NCBI GenBank assembly: GCA_965198235.1 | Contig: OZ240248.1 | Span: forward strand, 2,784,001 to 2,848,000 | DNA: 64,000 bases | From: Candidatus Poribacteria bacterium | Lineage (GTDB): Bacteria > Poribacteria > WGA-4E > WGA-3G | Reading direction: 5' to 3' | The notes under the pieces: generated by a model | Seen by the model: only the letters and a program-made list of their open reading frames with translations | Told to the model about the DNA's origin: nothing | Databases searched by the model: none | Program-made: the position numbers and the translations under genes | Shown here: one piece after another, positions 19,163-29,032 of the stretch | Numbering within the stretch: position 1 is the stretch's first letter | How the letters are laid out: every line of letters begins with the position of its first letter

Positions 19163-20362
19163 CTACTTGAGCTGGCTGACGGCATAATGCATGATATTTT
19201 CCATGAGTGCTTTGTTCATGGAAGTGGTATATTGGCTATCGTTACGAAGGCTGGTAATAATGTATAATCCCTTGCCATACCGTCTCGTCCCAACAACGAG
19301 TTCCTTATTGTCCTCAGTAGTAGCAAAAATTTCATCGCGTCGGTTCCAGTCTACCCATGTGTCATCAACAAAGATTTTTCCGGACTCAATTTTGTTGGGA
19401 ATGGAGAAAAGGGAATTGCCTTTTTCAGTAACAGCGAAATGTTGGGTTAGCGGGCTTTCAACACCTTTCAACTGGTTTCCGTGTAGCCACCCGACACCGC
19501 ACGGCTTCTCAACGCTACTGTCCTGTCCCGTAACAACGACAATGCCACCCTTTTTCACAAACGCTTTAATCTTCTTCTCTACTTCACTGGAAAGGAGGTA
19601 GTGTCCATAACTCGAAATCTCTTCGTATCCGATCCACAGAATATCGGCTTTTTCTAACTGCGGCAACTTATATTCTCTGGTGGGTTCATGAGCGATAGCG
19701 CGTTTGCTGACTTTTTTCACAGCGCGCAGTGCCATATATTCATACGTTGCTGTGTTTGTATAGACAGGGGTTTGACTCCATGTTGGATGCGTGCTATTTC
19801 CTGTTAGGACCAGAACTTTGACGGCATCTTTCGGCGCGGCAACCCACATTTTGCCAGCTAACATGTTGAGAACAATCGATTGGAATGCCTTTGCCTTGCC
19901 ATCAAATGTCCGGGACATCATCGGATCAATGTGCGTAAATGTCCACCAAGAGCCACCGTATCCACCGCGATAGGCACGCATCTGAAACCACGTATTGTCA
20001 ATAAAGCACATACTATCTATGCCATAATGCTCACGATAGAAAACGATAATAGGCATGCCCTGCTTGAGCAGGCTTGCCATCTTCTCCGGTGAGGTGCCTC
20101 GCTTGTAATGTCCAGTGGCAAAGTTCATCTTAATTTCCTTGAGTTCGCTTTTCCCTTTGACATCTTTTTTGACAGTAACAACGCCTCGCAAACGTTTCTG
20201 GTCAACACTCTTTACTTCGCCAAAAACGATGTTCGTACAAGCATCAAGGATTTCACGAATCGTATACTCGCGCTCAATAAACGCCGGTGCAGCTGGCACG
20301 AAAAGCAACCCGATGAGACAAAACCCTAACAATAAAGCAATGAGGTTATATGTAAAGCGCAT
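19163..20362 (-). CDS. Secreted hypothetical protein; C-terminal half related to 39277-40065
   Basis: Signal peptide; shared blocks DILW(I/L)G..EI, LF..PNKI, G.G.YI.TS..N, EN...Y. Confidence 0.8.
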   Translation of the reverse strand: MRFTYNLIALLLGFCLIGLLFVPAAPAFIEREYTIREILDACTNIVFGEVKSVDQKRLRGVVTVKKDVKGKSELKEIKMNFATGHYKRGTSPEKMASLLKQGMPIIVFYREHYGIDSMCFIDNTWFQMRAYRGGYGGSWWTFTHIDPMMSRTFDGKAKAFQSIVLNMLAGKMWVAAPKDAVKVLVLTGNSTHPTWSQTPVYTNTATYEYMALRAVKKVSKRAIAHEPTREYKLPQLEKADILWIGYEEISSYGHYLLSSEVEKKIKAFVKKGGIVVVTGQDSSVEKPCGVGWLHGNQLKGVESPLTQHFAVTEKGNSLFSIPNKIESGKIFVDDTWVDWNRRDEIFATTEDNKELVVGTRRYGKGLYIITSLRNDSQYTTSMNKALMENIMHYAVSQLK

Positions 20363-20587
20363 GGTGGGATCCCCTTCTATACATGTCAGATTTTCTAATT
20401 AACAGATATTATATTACATCTGCGTTGAATTTTCAACTTTTAAACGATTTGACTTCGCGCTGCCCTTCATTACATTTCGGGCAGGTTTCTGACGCACTTC
20501 AGCCGAAATGTATCAGAACCCATCGTGAAACGTAGTGGAACGATGCCCAGGGGCCTATAGTTTAAAAACCGTTTTGTACATCAAGTT

Positions 20588-22213
20588 ATGTCAGAATTCA
20601 AATCTCCCCTTTTGGTGCAGTTGGTAAGCCAAAACTTGCAGTTAAAAAACTCACGGTTTACATCAGCAGAAATCTTTGACGCTGCCACTTACATCGGATT
20701 TCTGATCTTCGTCCTTTCCCTACCGTTCGGGTATTCGACAGCATTCCTCAACATCGGGCTTTCATTTGTGCTATTCGGATGGGTGGGACGCATCATTTCA
20801 GAGCGGAAACTCGGTTGGCAACGCACTCCGCTTGACATTCCTATCTTGCTGTTTCTCGGATTGGGCTTAATAGCCTCACTTCTTGCACCACATCCTGCCA
20901 CCAGTAGCCTCGGCTATTTTTGGAAACTTCTCCGTGCGATCCTGCTCTTTTATGCGGTTATTCACAGTCGATTGGGCACTCGATGGCGACATATCGTCAT
21001 TGTCTTCATCGCCGCGGCAGGGATCTCTTCTGCACTCGGACTCTGGTATTACGCAAATGACACCCGTTTAGGGATTGATTTTATGGGGAGGATTGGGTTA
21101 CAATTTCAGGAAGAACTCGCTGCAGGTGAAGGCCCAACTTTACAAATGTCGGATGAATTACGCACCGAATTGCGAAGTTGCAATGTACCGCTCTCCGAAA
21201 CCGCATTGTTTGTACCTTCAAAGCAACCAAACGAATGGCGCATTGACGATCCAGCGAGAAACAGACGCTACACAATCCGCAAAAGTGAGACGCATCTGAT
21301 GGTGTACATGATCGAGCAGCGGCTCACCGGAACCTTCAAGATGCCGAATGACTTGGGGGCATATCTCGCCCTCGCGCTCCCATTTGTTATGGGCTACTTT
21401 GTAGCTGGCTGCAGCGGTACGACTTTCCATTCGGAACGGACGGAAACACATCGAAAATCACAACGCGTCTTGATTTGGACGACCGTGGGACTCGGTGTGA
21501 TTTTAGCACTGATGAGTGCAAATCTGGCATTGACACTGACGCGCGCTGCGTGGGTGAGTGTCGCCGTTGCGGTAGTTTGCATCGGATACTATTTTGTTGT
21601 AAAGACCTTACTTACATTTATGTCATGGAAACGAAGTCTGCTGGGGTTGGCGTTAGTAAGTGTTGTATTTTGCATATTGATCGTGAATACAAGTTCCCGT
21701 CAGGCGATAGTTGGGATCGTTCCTCGACATATCAAGGGGCGCGTCCAAACGATGATTGCACACCCCGCGGGGTTCATGAGTGAACGTCCACAGTGGTGGC
21801 GGACCTCGCTACAAATGATTCAGAAACACCCACTTACCGGTATCGGATTGGGCAGATTTCGCTATGAGTATCAACACAGTGGGCCGGATGAGCAGTACTA
21901 CACACCCTATCACGCGCACAACATCTACTTACACATCGCCGCTGAGCAAGGCATTCCTTCGCTCTTTTTGTTTTTGTGGATGGTAGCAGTTATTTGTCAG
22001 CAGGTTTTCGTCATGCGAAAGACCAACGATCTTTGGAAAGTGGGAACCTTTATTGGTGCGAGTGGGTTTCTAATCTCTGCGCTTATTTACGGACTCGCAG
22101 ATAATATTTTACATCAGCGGACAGTGTTGCTTTTCTGGTTTATTATCGGCATGATTTTTTATACACAATCATTCAAGGACGAAAAACATGAACAAACGCC
22201 GGGGCCCAATTGA
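20588..22213 (+). CDS. O-antigen ligase/polymerase family membrane protein
   Basis: Multiple TMs, TFKMPND, TLTRAAW, HPLTGIGLG, HAHNIYLH. Confidence 0.88.
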   Translation: MSEFKSPLLVQLVSQNLQLKNSRFTSAEIFDAATYIGFLIFVLSLPFGYSTAFLNIGLSFVLFGWVGRIISERKLGWQRTPLDIPILLFLGLGLIASLLAPHPATSSLGYFWKLLRAILLFYAVIHSRLGTRWRHIVIVFIAAAGISSALGLWYYANDTRLGIDFMGRIGLQFQEELAAGEGPTLQMSDELRTELRSCNVPLSETALFVPSKQPNEWRIDDPARNRRYTIRKSETHLMVYMIEQRLTGTFKMPNDLGAYLALALPFVMGYFVAGCSGTTFHSERTETHRKSQRVLIWTTVGLGVILALMSANLALTLTRAAWVSVAVAVVCIGYYFVVKTLLTFMSWKRSLLGLALVSVVFCILIVNTSSRQAIVGIVPRHIKGRVQTMIAHPAGFMSERPQWWRTSLQMIQKHPLTGIGLGRFRYEYQHSGPDEQYYTPYHAHNIYLHIAAEQGIPSLFLFLWMVAVICQQVFVMRKTNDLWKVGTFIGASGFLISALIYGLADNILHQRTVLLFWFIIGMIFYTQSFKDEKHEQTPGPN

Positions 22214-23135
22214 CATATCATCTGTGACGACTTACCCGCTTCAGAACCGTATCAACAAGGTTTCTGTCCGAGATTTCGCAACACTGCCGGAATTGAAGAT
22301 AGACTTGTCCCCATTTTTAGCAAGTTTGCCGAATATTCTCAAAGGACAGGACTTTTCGGCACTCGTCGACGATATCCTTGTCGCCCATCAGAACAAGAAA
22401 CCTGTCATCGTGATGATGGGAGGACATGTCATCAAATGCGGATTAAGCCCGCTTTTAATTGACTTGGCAAAACGTGGCGTGGTTACTGGGTTTGCCTTTA
22501 ACGGCGCAAGCAGTATCCACGATTTCGAGATTGCGCTTATCGGTGAGACCTCGGAGGATGTCGCCGCTTACCTCCAGAACGGGCAGTTTGGGATGTGGGA
22601 GGAAACAGGACGGTTGATGAATGAAGCAACTCAGTACGCCGCAGATACAGGTATCGGGATGGGTGAAGCACTGGGCAGACAACTCATTGAAATGGACGCG
22701 CCCTATAACGCATATAGTCTTCTTGCCGCTGGCATTCAATACAATGTGCCGATTACTGTGCATGTTGCCATCGGGACGGACATTATCCATCAGCATCCGT
22801 CTGCGAATGGTGCCGCTATCGGCGCAGCGAGTTTCACCGATTTCCGACTCCTAACGGCGTTAGTGACGGATTTGGAAGGTGGTGGCGTTGTGTTAAATTT
22901 GGGTTCAGCAGTAATACTACCTGAAGTTTTCCTGAAGGCATTAACGATCGCGCGGAACTTGGGGCATACGGTGTCTCAATTCACCGCCGCTAACTTCGAC
23001 ATGAATCAACAATACCGTCCCGTAGAGAATGTCGTTAAACGACCGACAGAGATGGGCGGTAAAGGTTATACGTTCACGGGACATCACGAGTTGATGATCC
23101 CGCTTTTAGTGCAAGCGGTTTTGTCTCGGTTGTAG
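22188..23135 (+). CDS. Deoxyhypusine-synthase-like protein of unknown function
   Basis: MGGHVIKCG, NGASSIHDFE, IGTDIIHQHP, GSAVILPEVFLKA, GHHELM. Confidence 0.65.
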   Translation: MNKRRGPIDISSVTTYPLQNRINKVSVRDFATLPELKIDLSPFLASLPNILKGQDFSALVDDILVAHQNKKPVIVMMGGHVIKCGLSPLLIDLAKRGVVTGFAFNGASSIHDFEIALIGETSEDVAAYLQNGQFGMWEETGRLMNEATQYAADTGIGMGEALGRQLIEMDAPYNAYSLLAAGIQYNVPITVHVAIGTDIIHQHPSANGAAIGAASFTDFRLLTALVTDLEGGGVVLNLGSAVILPEVFLKALTIARNLGHTVSQFTAANFDMNQQYRPVENVVKRPTEMGGKGYTFTGHHELMIPLLVQAVLSRL

Positions 23136-23597
23136 ATATTACTGAATTTCCACTGAAAAGAAAAAACGCGCCAACAAAGCGCGCTTCTCGGGATACGCAA
23201 TCGATTCATGGTAAAATTGGCGTATACTATAGAAAATACGATAGACTACTTCCCATTTGAAGGGCATTGTCTCACAATCCCAAGCATTTATGCTTGGGTC
23301 CAATTTTGGTCCCCTCAAACCCCGCTGGCGAGGTTTCCTAACCTCGCCCTATTGGAAAAAAAGGTGAAAACTCTCAAATAAATTCTTAAAACTAAATGAC
23401 CCTATTTGAGAATGAAAAACAGTTGACCTTTGGGATAAAAATACGCAATTAGTAGTTTTGGGATCGGTTAAATTGAGCCTAACATTTGACCTTGTTCTTT
23501 TTATTCAACGATGCCAATTGTTCCATTTGATTCATTTATACCCGTAAACATATCTACTCCCCGATGTTCAATAAAACAAGTTATAGGACTAACTATT

Positions 23598-24737
23598 TGA
23601 GGGGTGTTCATAATTGAACTGAGTCAGGATAAAGGTTATAATCTTATCTAAAGCTAAAAAAGAGAGGATTATAACATGTGTTATCCTGACCGAGACTATT
23701 ATATCAGATTTTTATTTCAACGTCTCAAAGAATTTGAGACTCCCTTGAACTCCGAAAAGCCCACAGACGCGGTCGTCCTAAAGTCCACGCCGATAGTTCA
23801 CTGATCGTCTTTTTTGCCATTATGATGCTCAAAGGCATCCATGCGTTGAAAGCCCAACGGAGATGGCTTCTCGCCACCCCCATTTGGCTTCGACATCTGA
23901 AACTCAAAAGTGTTCCATCACGGGCGACTCTATCGCGTCGTTACAAACAAGTGGCATCAAACCTTGAGGTGTTTATAGAATATCTCGGTGATTTCGGTGT
24001 TTCCCTTGATGTTCAGACACCCCCGGAAGTTGTCTATGAAGACAAAAGCCTATATAAAGCCAAAGGCAGTGTGTGGCACGAAAAACACCGTAAATCCGGG
24101 CATATCCCCGAAGGGCTTCGCGCCCTTGATACGGATGCGAGTTGGTCAACGAGCAAGTATCGCGGGTGGGTTTATGGCTATGGTCTCCACCTAACGACGA
24201 CTGCCAGCGGTTTTCCGAGACTCGCTGACGTCTACACTGCCTCGGTGAGCGAAAAAACAGGGCTTGACGAGAAGACGCAAGCACTTATTGTTCGGAATAT
24301 CAGGTATATCGTCGCTGATGCTGGATATACCGACTTCAACCGGGTTCAGACGCTCGCAGAAAGCGGCTTGTTGCTGTTGACACCTATCCCGGGTGCCAAA
24401 AACCAGAGGAAAGTCGCGTATCTTCAAGCGATCGATGCCGCACCGGAGTTGCGTGCGTATCAGGAGCAGCGCAAAACAGCGATTGAACCTATCTTTAGTT
24501 TGCTCAGTGAACTGACAGGCACTGACACGAATCAGAAGCAACTTCCGATGAGCCGGCTTGACAATGTCCGAACCTTTTTGAGACTCGCAGTGATGTTGCT
24601 ACAGTTGGCAATGATCATTAACTCGATTTGGAACTTACCGAGTCGAGAGGTTTCATGGATGAGGGCCTACTTTCGATAAAACAAACGCCGGGGCGGAAAT
24701 ATACTATTTTGTTATAGGTATTTATGAACACCCCTCA
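23598..24737 (+). mobile_element. Insertion sequence (DDE transposase, IS4/IS5/IS982-like) with perfect 16-bp terminal inverted repeats
   Basis: TGAGGGGTGTTCATAA at 23598-23613 and its complement at 24722-24737 enclose the transposase. Confidence 0.88.
23676..24679 (+). pseudogene. DDE transposase with a -1 frameshift near 23755
   Basis: RBS+ATG 23676 frame (MCYPDRDYYIRFLFQRLKEFE...) closes at about 23804; RRGRPKVH..LIVFFAIMML continues in the -1 frame; GWVYGYGLH, VADAGY and RKTAIEP motifs. Confidence 0.78.
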
Positions 24738-25515
24738 TCTACTTGTAGACGTAAAAGAAGATTCAGCACCAGCTATGGGACAAGTCTGGAGTGACATAAA
24801 AACTCTAAACTCACGGGCAAATGAACGCACTACCTATCCCACCCAAAAGCCAATTGAACTTTACAAACGCATCGTAACAGCCTCGTCAAACAAATGCGAT
24901 CTGGTCTTGGATCCGTTCTGCGGATGTGGCACAACGTTAATGGCTGCGGAAGAACTAAAACGGAAATGGATAGGAATTGATTTAACCTACCTCGCTACTG
25001 GTGCTGTCAAACTTCAAATCGAGAAGTTATTTCCACAACTGCGGAACGAAGTCATTATCGCCGGCACACCTGAAAACGAGGAACAGGCACTCAGACTCGC
25101 CCACAACAATCCATTCGGCTTTGAAGATTGGTGCATCACGCATGTACTGAAATTTAAGCCAAACACAAGAAGGGGAGCAGATGGCGGAATAGACGGCACA
25201 TTCAGGTTCCCAGTGGGAACTGAAAGAGGCAGAGAAAAATATGGCAAAGCCGTCGCACAGGTGAAAGGCGGAAACTATACACTTAGCCACATCAGGGACT
25301 TCCGTACCGCCATGCAGAATGCCGAAGCCGATTTAGGCGTATTCGTCGTCACATCACCTCCGACACGCGAAATGCAGACAGAAGCCACTCGCGCTGGAAC
25401 ATACAAACACCCTTTTTACGAGTTTGAAGCTCCTTGTGTTCAAATCTACGAGATACAGGACTATTTTAGAGACATTTTACCGAAGCTTCCCCTCGCTGAA
25501 AGGGTTGTGTTGTAA
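24738..25515 (+). pseudogene. 5'-truncated DNA methyltransferase fused to an Mrr-like endonuclease domain
   Basis: YPTQKP, VLDPFCGCGTT, GADGGIDG, AQVKGG; no DPPY/F motif; the apparent start ATG lies inside the IS right repeat. Confidence 0.82.
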
Positions 25516-25534
25516 GAACGACAGGAAAATAGCC

Positions 25535-25675
25535 ATGAAAGGCACAAGACCCCTTGACAATTTCGAAATCCGCAGCGTCTCAACATGTTTCACCGGCACA
25601 TTCCAAGTATACAACCGTGGGCCGTTCATGCTCGGCGTGAGTACTGGCGGGCGCATCAGTGAGCTGTTGAGACTA
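25535..25675 (+). pseudogene. N-terminal fragment of a tyrosine recombinase
   Basis: MKGTRPLDN.EIR...LGVSTGGRISELLRL (catalytic Arg box I), then runs into ISAs1 sequence. Confidence 0.75.
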
Positions 25676-25869
25676 ATGAATGGCGATGTCCTTTTTTCTT
25701 GCGTGGATCCGGCACTTCTGCTAACATATCAACTAAGTGGCAGGAAGAAGTTCTTGTCATGATTCACCTCAAAAACTTGTTGAATTTTAGGGTGAAGTAT
25801 ATCTGCTTGTATACAATATTAACACCTGTGAAAAATACAACACAAAAAACCTACAATTGAATGACCCTG
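25667..25869 (-). mobile_element. ISAs1-family end fragment (copy 1)
   Basis: Highly similar to 27192-27423; ends ...AATGACCCTG (CAGGGTCATT terminus). Confidence 0.8.
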
Positions 25870-26194
25870 AGAAAAAATGGAATTTTTCTTCACAAATAAT
25901 GCAGGAATTGTTAATATTGTTAGTATCAACAATACCTTCGCCAACTTATCCAGGCCTGAGTTGAGCAGGTGTTTGATGAATAGAGCCAATAGAAGTCAGA
26001 TGTTCAGTGAGTTGGTCAATAACAATAGGTTCAGGTTTTTGTGGAAGCCTTTTTAATGTTTCTTGTAAATACTTCAGTCCACGGTAGTGCGCTTTGAGAT
26101 CTAAGACGCTAAAGTCAGTGTTTTGTATTGGTAAAGCGAGGAGAAAAACACGCGCAATGAATTGCGCTATTACAAACCTAAGGAGGATATACGC

Positions 26195-26794
26195 ATGAAA
26201 TATATGCGGTTGTTATTGATTCAATTTGTACTGCTTGTATTGGGATTGGTCGGTTATTGCATTGCTACTGAGATTGGCTTTGAAGCCGAAGACGCAGATG
26301 AAATTGTAGAAATCATGGAAATTTATGAAGATAAGAAAGCTTCAGGCGGTATGTATATATCGGCGGGAAAGGGCGGGGGGGGGCGCCACCCCGGTAAAGC
26401 CGATTTCGTGATTAACGTTAGAACACCCGGTCAGTACACGATGTGGGGGCGGGTGATTGCCCAAGATACGGCGAAGGACTCTTTCCATGTCACAGTCGAT
26501 CAGAAGAAAAGTCCACAACCGGGTGATGCCAACATGATCTGGGATACAGGTCAGTATCAGGAGTGGACGTGGGCAAAAGTAAAATGGCGCGAAAAGAATC
26601 CGTTGACCTTTGATCTGAAACCGGGGAAACATACCGTTACATTTTGGTCTAGGGAAGGCGATACCCGTTTGGATGCCGTTTACATGGCAATAGATCCCAA
26701 CGCTGTCCCCAAACTACCGAATGAAATTGAGGGTTTGGCTGTGCATCCCCGGAATCGCTTAACGACAACTTGGGCGGAGCTAAAAAAACGGTAG
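26195..26794 (+). CDS. Secreted beta-sandwich (carbohydrate-binding-like) protein with a Poribacteria-type C-terminal motif
   Basis: AAGGAGG RBS, signal peptide, FEAEDA, YTMWGRV, DSFHV, REGDTRLD, tail LAVHPRNRLTTTWAELKKR. Confidence 0.82.
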   Translation: MKYMRLLLIQFVLLVLGLVGYCIATEIGFEAEDADEIVEIMEIYEDKKASGGMYISAGKGGGGRHPGKADFVINVRTPGQYTMWGRVIAQDTAKDSFHVTVDQKKSPQPGDANMIWDTGQYQEWTWAKVKWREKNPLTFDLKPGKHTVTFWSREGDTRLDAVYMAIDPNAVPKLPNEIEGLAVHPRNRLTTTWAELKKR

Positions 26795-26959
26795 GGCTGG
26801 ACTCAAGCACTGTGACATCAGAGCTGTTAGTCCTAACGGGTGGAGACCAGGTGACTTAACACAACTTAACACAAGTCAACGCAATTTGGCGGTTCCAGCA
26901 GGAGTGGCCTGGTGCTAGGTACGCTATAATCTTTGTATCAAACTGGCTTAGGGATTGGA

Positions 26960-27423
26960 CTTCGACACCTTCACGTTCTGATAAAGTCTGTGTTGTCCAT
27001 TGCGTGAGCGTTTTTTCTACGGCGGTGATGTTGAGACGCTGATAGGGATAATGAAACGTTGAAGCTGCCGGGGTTTGTTTGGCAGTGAACCCCAAGGCAC
27101 GTCGCAGGTCTGGGTGGAGGCGTGCCCATTTGGCAATGGCTGTATAACTGCGTTGCCCACACAAGAGTCCAACAACCGTGAGTGCCAGCATTGAGACTAA
27201 TGGATGGCGGCATCCTTTTTTCTTGCGTGGATCCGGCACTTCTGCTAACATATCAAGTAAGTGGCAAGAGAAACTTCTTGTCATGATTCACCTCAAAAGT
27301 GTGGTAATTTTTAGGGTGAAGTATAGCAGAAGTCGCGTGAAAAGTCACGCGACTTTTGCTTGTATAGAAATGTTAACACCTGTGAAAAATACAACACAAA
27401 AAACCTACAATTGAATGACCCTG
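26960..27423 (-). mobile_element. Truncated ISAs1-family element (copy 2) with transposase N-terminus (start 27284)
   Basis: VPDPRKKKGCRHPL...LLCGQRSYTAIAKWA...TPAAST (H-repeat/DDE-associated domain); no catalytic domain; left boundary approximate. Confidence 0.82.
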
Positions 27424-27464
27424 GCCAAGCGATTCCGAAAATTTACGGAGGCTTGGCATTTTTT

Positions 27465-27800
27465 ATGACCAACTCATTTTTGAAACAGGACTTGAGAACA
27501 CTCATCAATTCCCATCTTTCCTGGGTCGATAACCTCTCCGATGCTGAAATCCGTGAACGCCTTACCAGAGATGGCAACCCTGTCGGTTATGAAGGTCAAC
27601 ACATGATAGGTTACCATTGGTTCGCCTATCCTAACGCGGCAGAAGGGCTATACTCCAAAGTGTTCGCACGTGTCAACATGTTCGGTAGCGACGAGGAGAC
27701 CTGTCTGGTGTGTATCAAGCAAGGCAGGCTTTCGGTAACGCGCCAAGTCTGGGACGATGTCGTCTCGGTTCATGATAAACGGTTGCTGGTGTGTTTATAG
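27465..27800 (+). CDS. Hypothetical protein
   Basis: GGAGG upstream; ORF with natural composition; no family recognised. Confidence 0.5.
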   Translation: MTNSFLKQDLRTLINSHLSWVDNLSDAEIRERLTRDGNPVGYEGQHMIGYHWFAYPNAAEGLYSKVFARVNMFGSDEETCLVCIKQGRLSVTRQVWDDVVSVHDKRLLVCL

Positions 27801-27810
27801 GAGGGTCGCT

Positions 27811-28233
27811 ATGAGAAGCGCAATGTTTTTCCCGAATCGCATCTTCTACCAAGAAGAACTGTTGTTCACAGCCGTCACGTATGCTGTCGATTTGGAAGAA
27901 ACCGAGTTTTTGAACCTCAGGCTCATAATGCCGATTGAGCAGTTAGGTATCCGTCCTGCCGAGTTTCGACTCATCGAGGTTGCTGATAAAATCTTGGAAC
28001 GCTATGCGATTCATGAGCTTCACTACTTGGGTTCCATCAATGCGGATATAGAGCGAATTCAGTATCTTGTTGGGAATTGGGATTACAGAAAGATTAGGCA
28101 TATCCGTATAGGGAACTTCTGCCCCGGTCCCGATGGGGGATACACGATCACGGACGGCAATCATCGCTGTGTAGTATTGGCATTGCTTCTGTCAACGCAC
28201 AGCATTACAAACGCACAAGGGAACCATTTCTAA
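27811..28233 (+). CDS. Hypothetical protein with a ParB/Srx-like motif, possibly degraded
   Basis: GGAGG RBS; YTITDGNHR motif near the C-terminus. Confidence 0.5.
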   Translation: MRSAMFFPNRIFYQEELLFTAVTYAVDLEETEFLNLRLIMPIEQLGIRPAEFRLIEVADKILERYAIHELHYLGSINADIERIQYLVGNWDYRKIRHIRIGNFCPGPDGGYTITDGNHRCVVLALLLSTHSITNAQGNHF

Positions 28234-28435
28234 GTCTTGATGTTTTTTTCAGCTCTATCAACGATGCTTGGAGAGCCCGCAGTTTCGGCAGGGAGGGGAT
28301 GTGCAAATAGATCCGTAGGAGTTTACCCCGTCTGACGCTATCCACGTCCTCGCAACCTTCCAAAATTTCTCGATATGTCAAGTAAGTCATGTTGAATTTT
28401 CCTAATCTTTATGAGGCAAATGTCCCTGAAACCGG

Positions 28436-28984
28436 TTATGACTTTTGCATAACGAGGTCACTGTAGGAAACAGCAATCGGGTCCACAGCATCCAAATGAA
28501 GTGCGGCTTTAACGTGTTGATGCTCATGTATCGCTTCGGCTTCGGTCTGCCCCCGAAACACTGTCTCCAATTCGACAAACCGCCCTAAACCGGCAACCGT
28601 ATCGAGGTGGATGCGGGTGTGATTGAACATCCAGATTTCTCGTTGTTTTTTTACAATTGTTTTGACCCCAAGTGCAACAGTTAGCAAGCCTTTGAGGGAC
28701 CCCGGATCATCAATCTCACAAAGTTCATATTGACTATAGCGCGACGCATCTTGGTTCGGACGCTCATAATAAATGAGCCACCCCTCAGACCACCCTTTCA
28801 CTTCGCGCAACTTGAGCCGCGGCTCACACGCTTCTGATTTTAGAGAGTCTTTTACTTTTGTTATATGGAAATATGTATCGATTTGGTGTACAGTTTCATG
28901 AGGCATCGCATTTAAATCAGCCAACCTCGGGTAGAGTCCGTCAAGCGACTGAAACTGTCCCTTGAATTCTAAATTTTTTGCCAT
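28436..28984 (-). CDS. CYTH-domain protein (class IV adenylate cyclase-like)
   Basis: NLEFK, QIDTYF, RLKLR, VKKQRE, IHLDTVAGLGRFVELE, SYSDL. Confidence 0.88.
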   Translation of the reverse strand: MAKNLEFKGQFQSLDGLYPRLADLNAMPHETVHQIDTYFHITKVKDSLKSEACEPRLKLREVKGWSEGWLIYYERPNQDASRYSQYELCEIDDPGSLKGLLTVALGVKTIVKKQREIWMFNHTRIHLDTVAGLGRFVELETVFRGQTEAEAIHEHQHVKAALHLDAVDPIAVSYSDLVMQKS

Positions 28985-29032
28985 TTTTGGTGTAGCCCGC
29001 AGGTTTCCGAAATTTGAACTTAGGCATCCGGT

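Noticed and set aside
24724-25515. Intact 263-aa methyltransferase
   Set aside because: Start codon comes from the IS terminal repeat and the catalytic DPPY/F motif is missing
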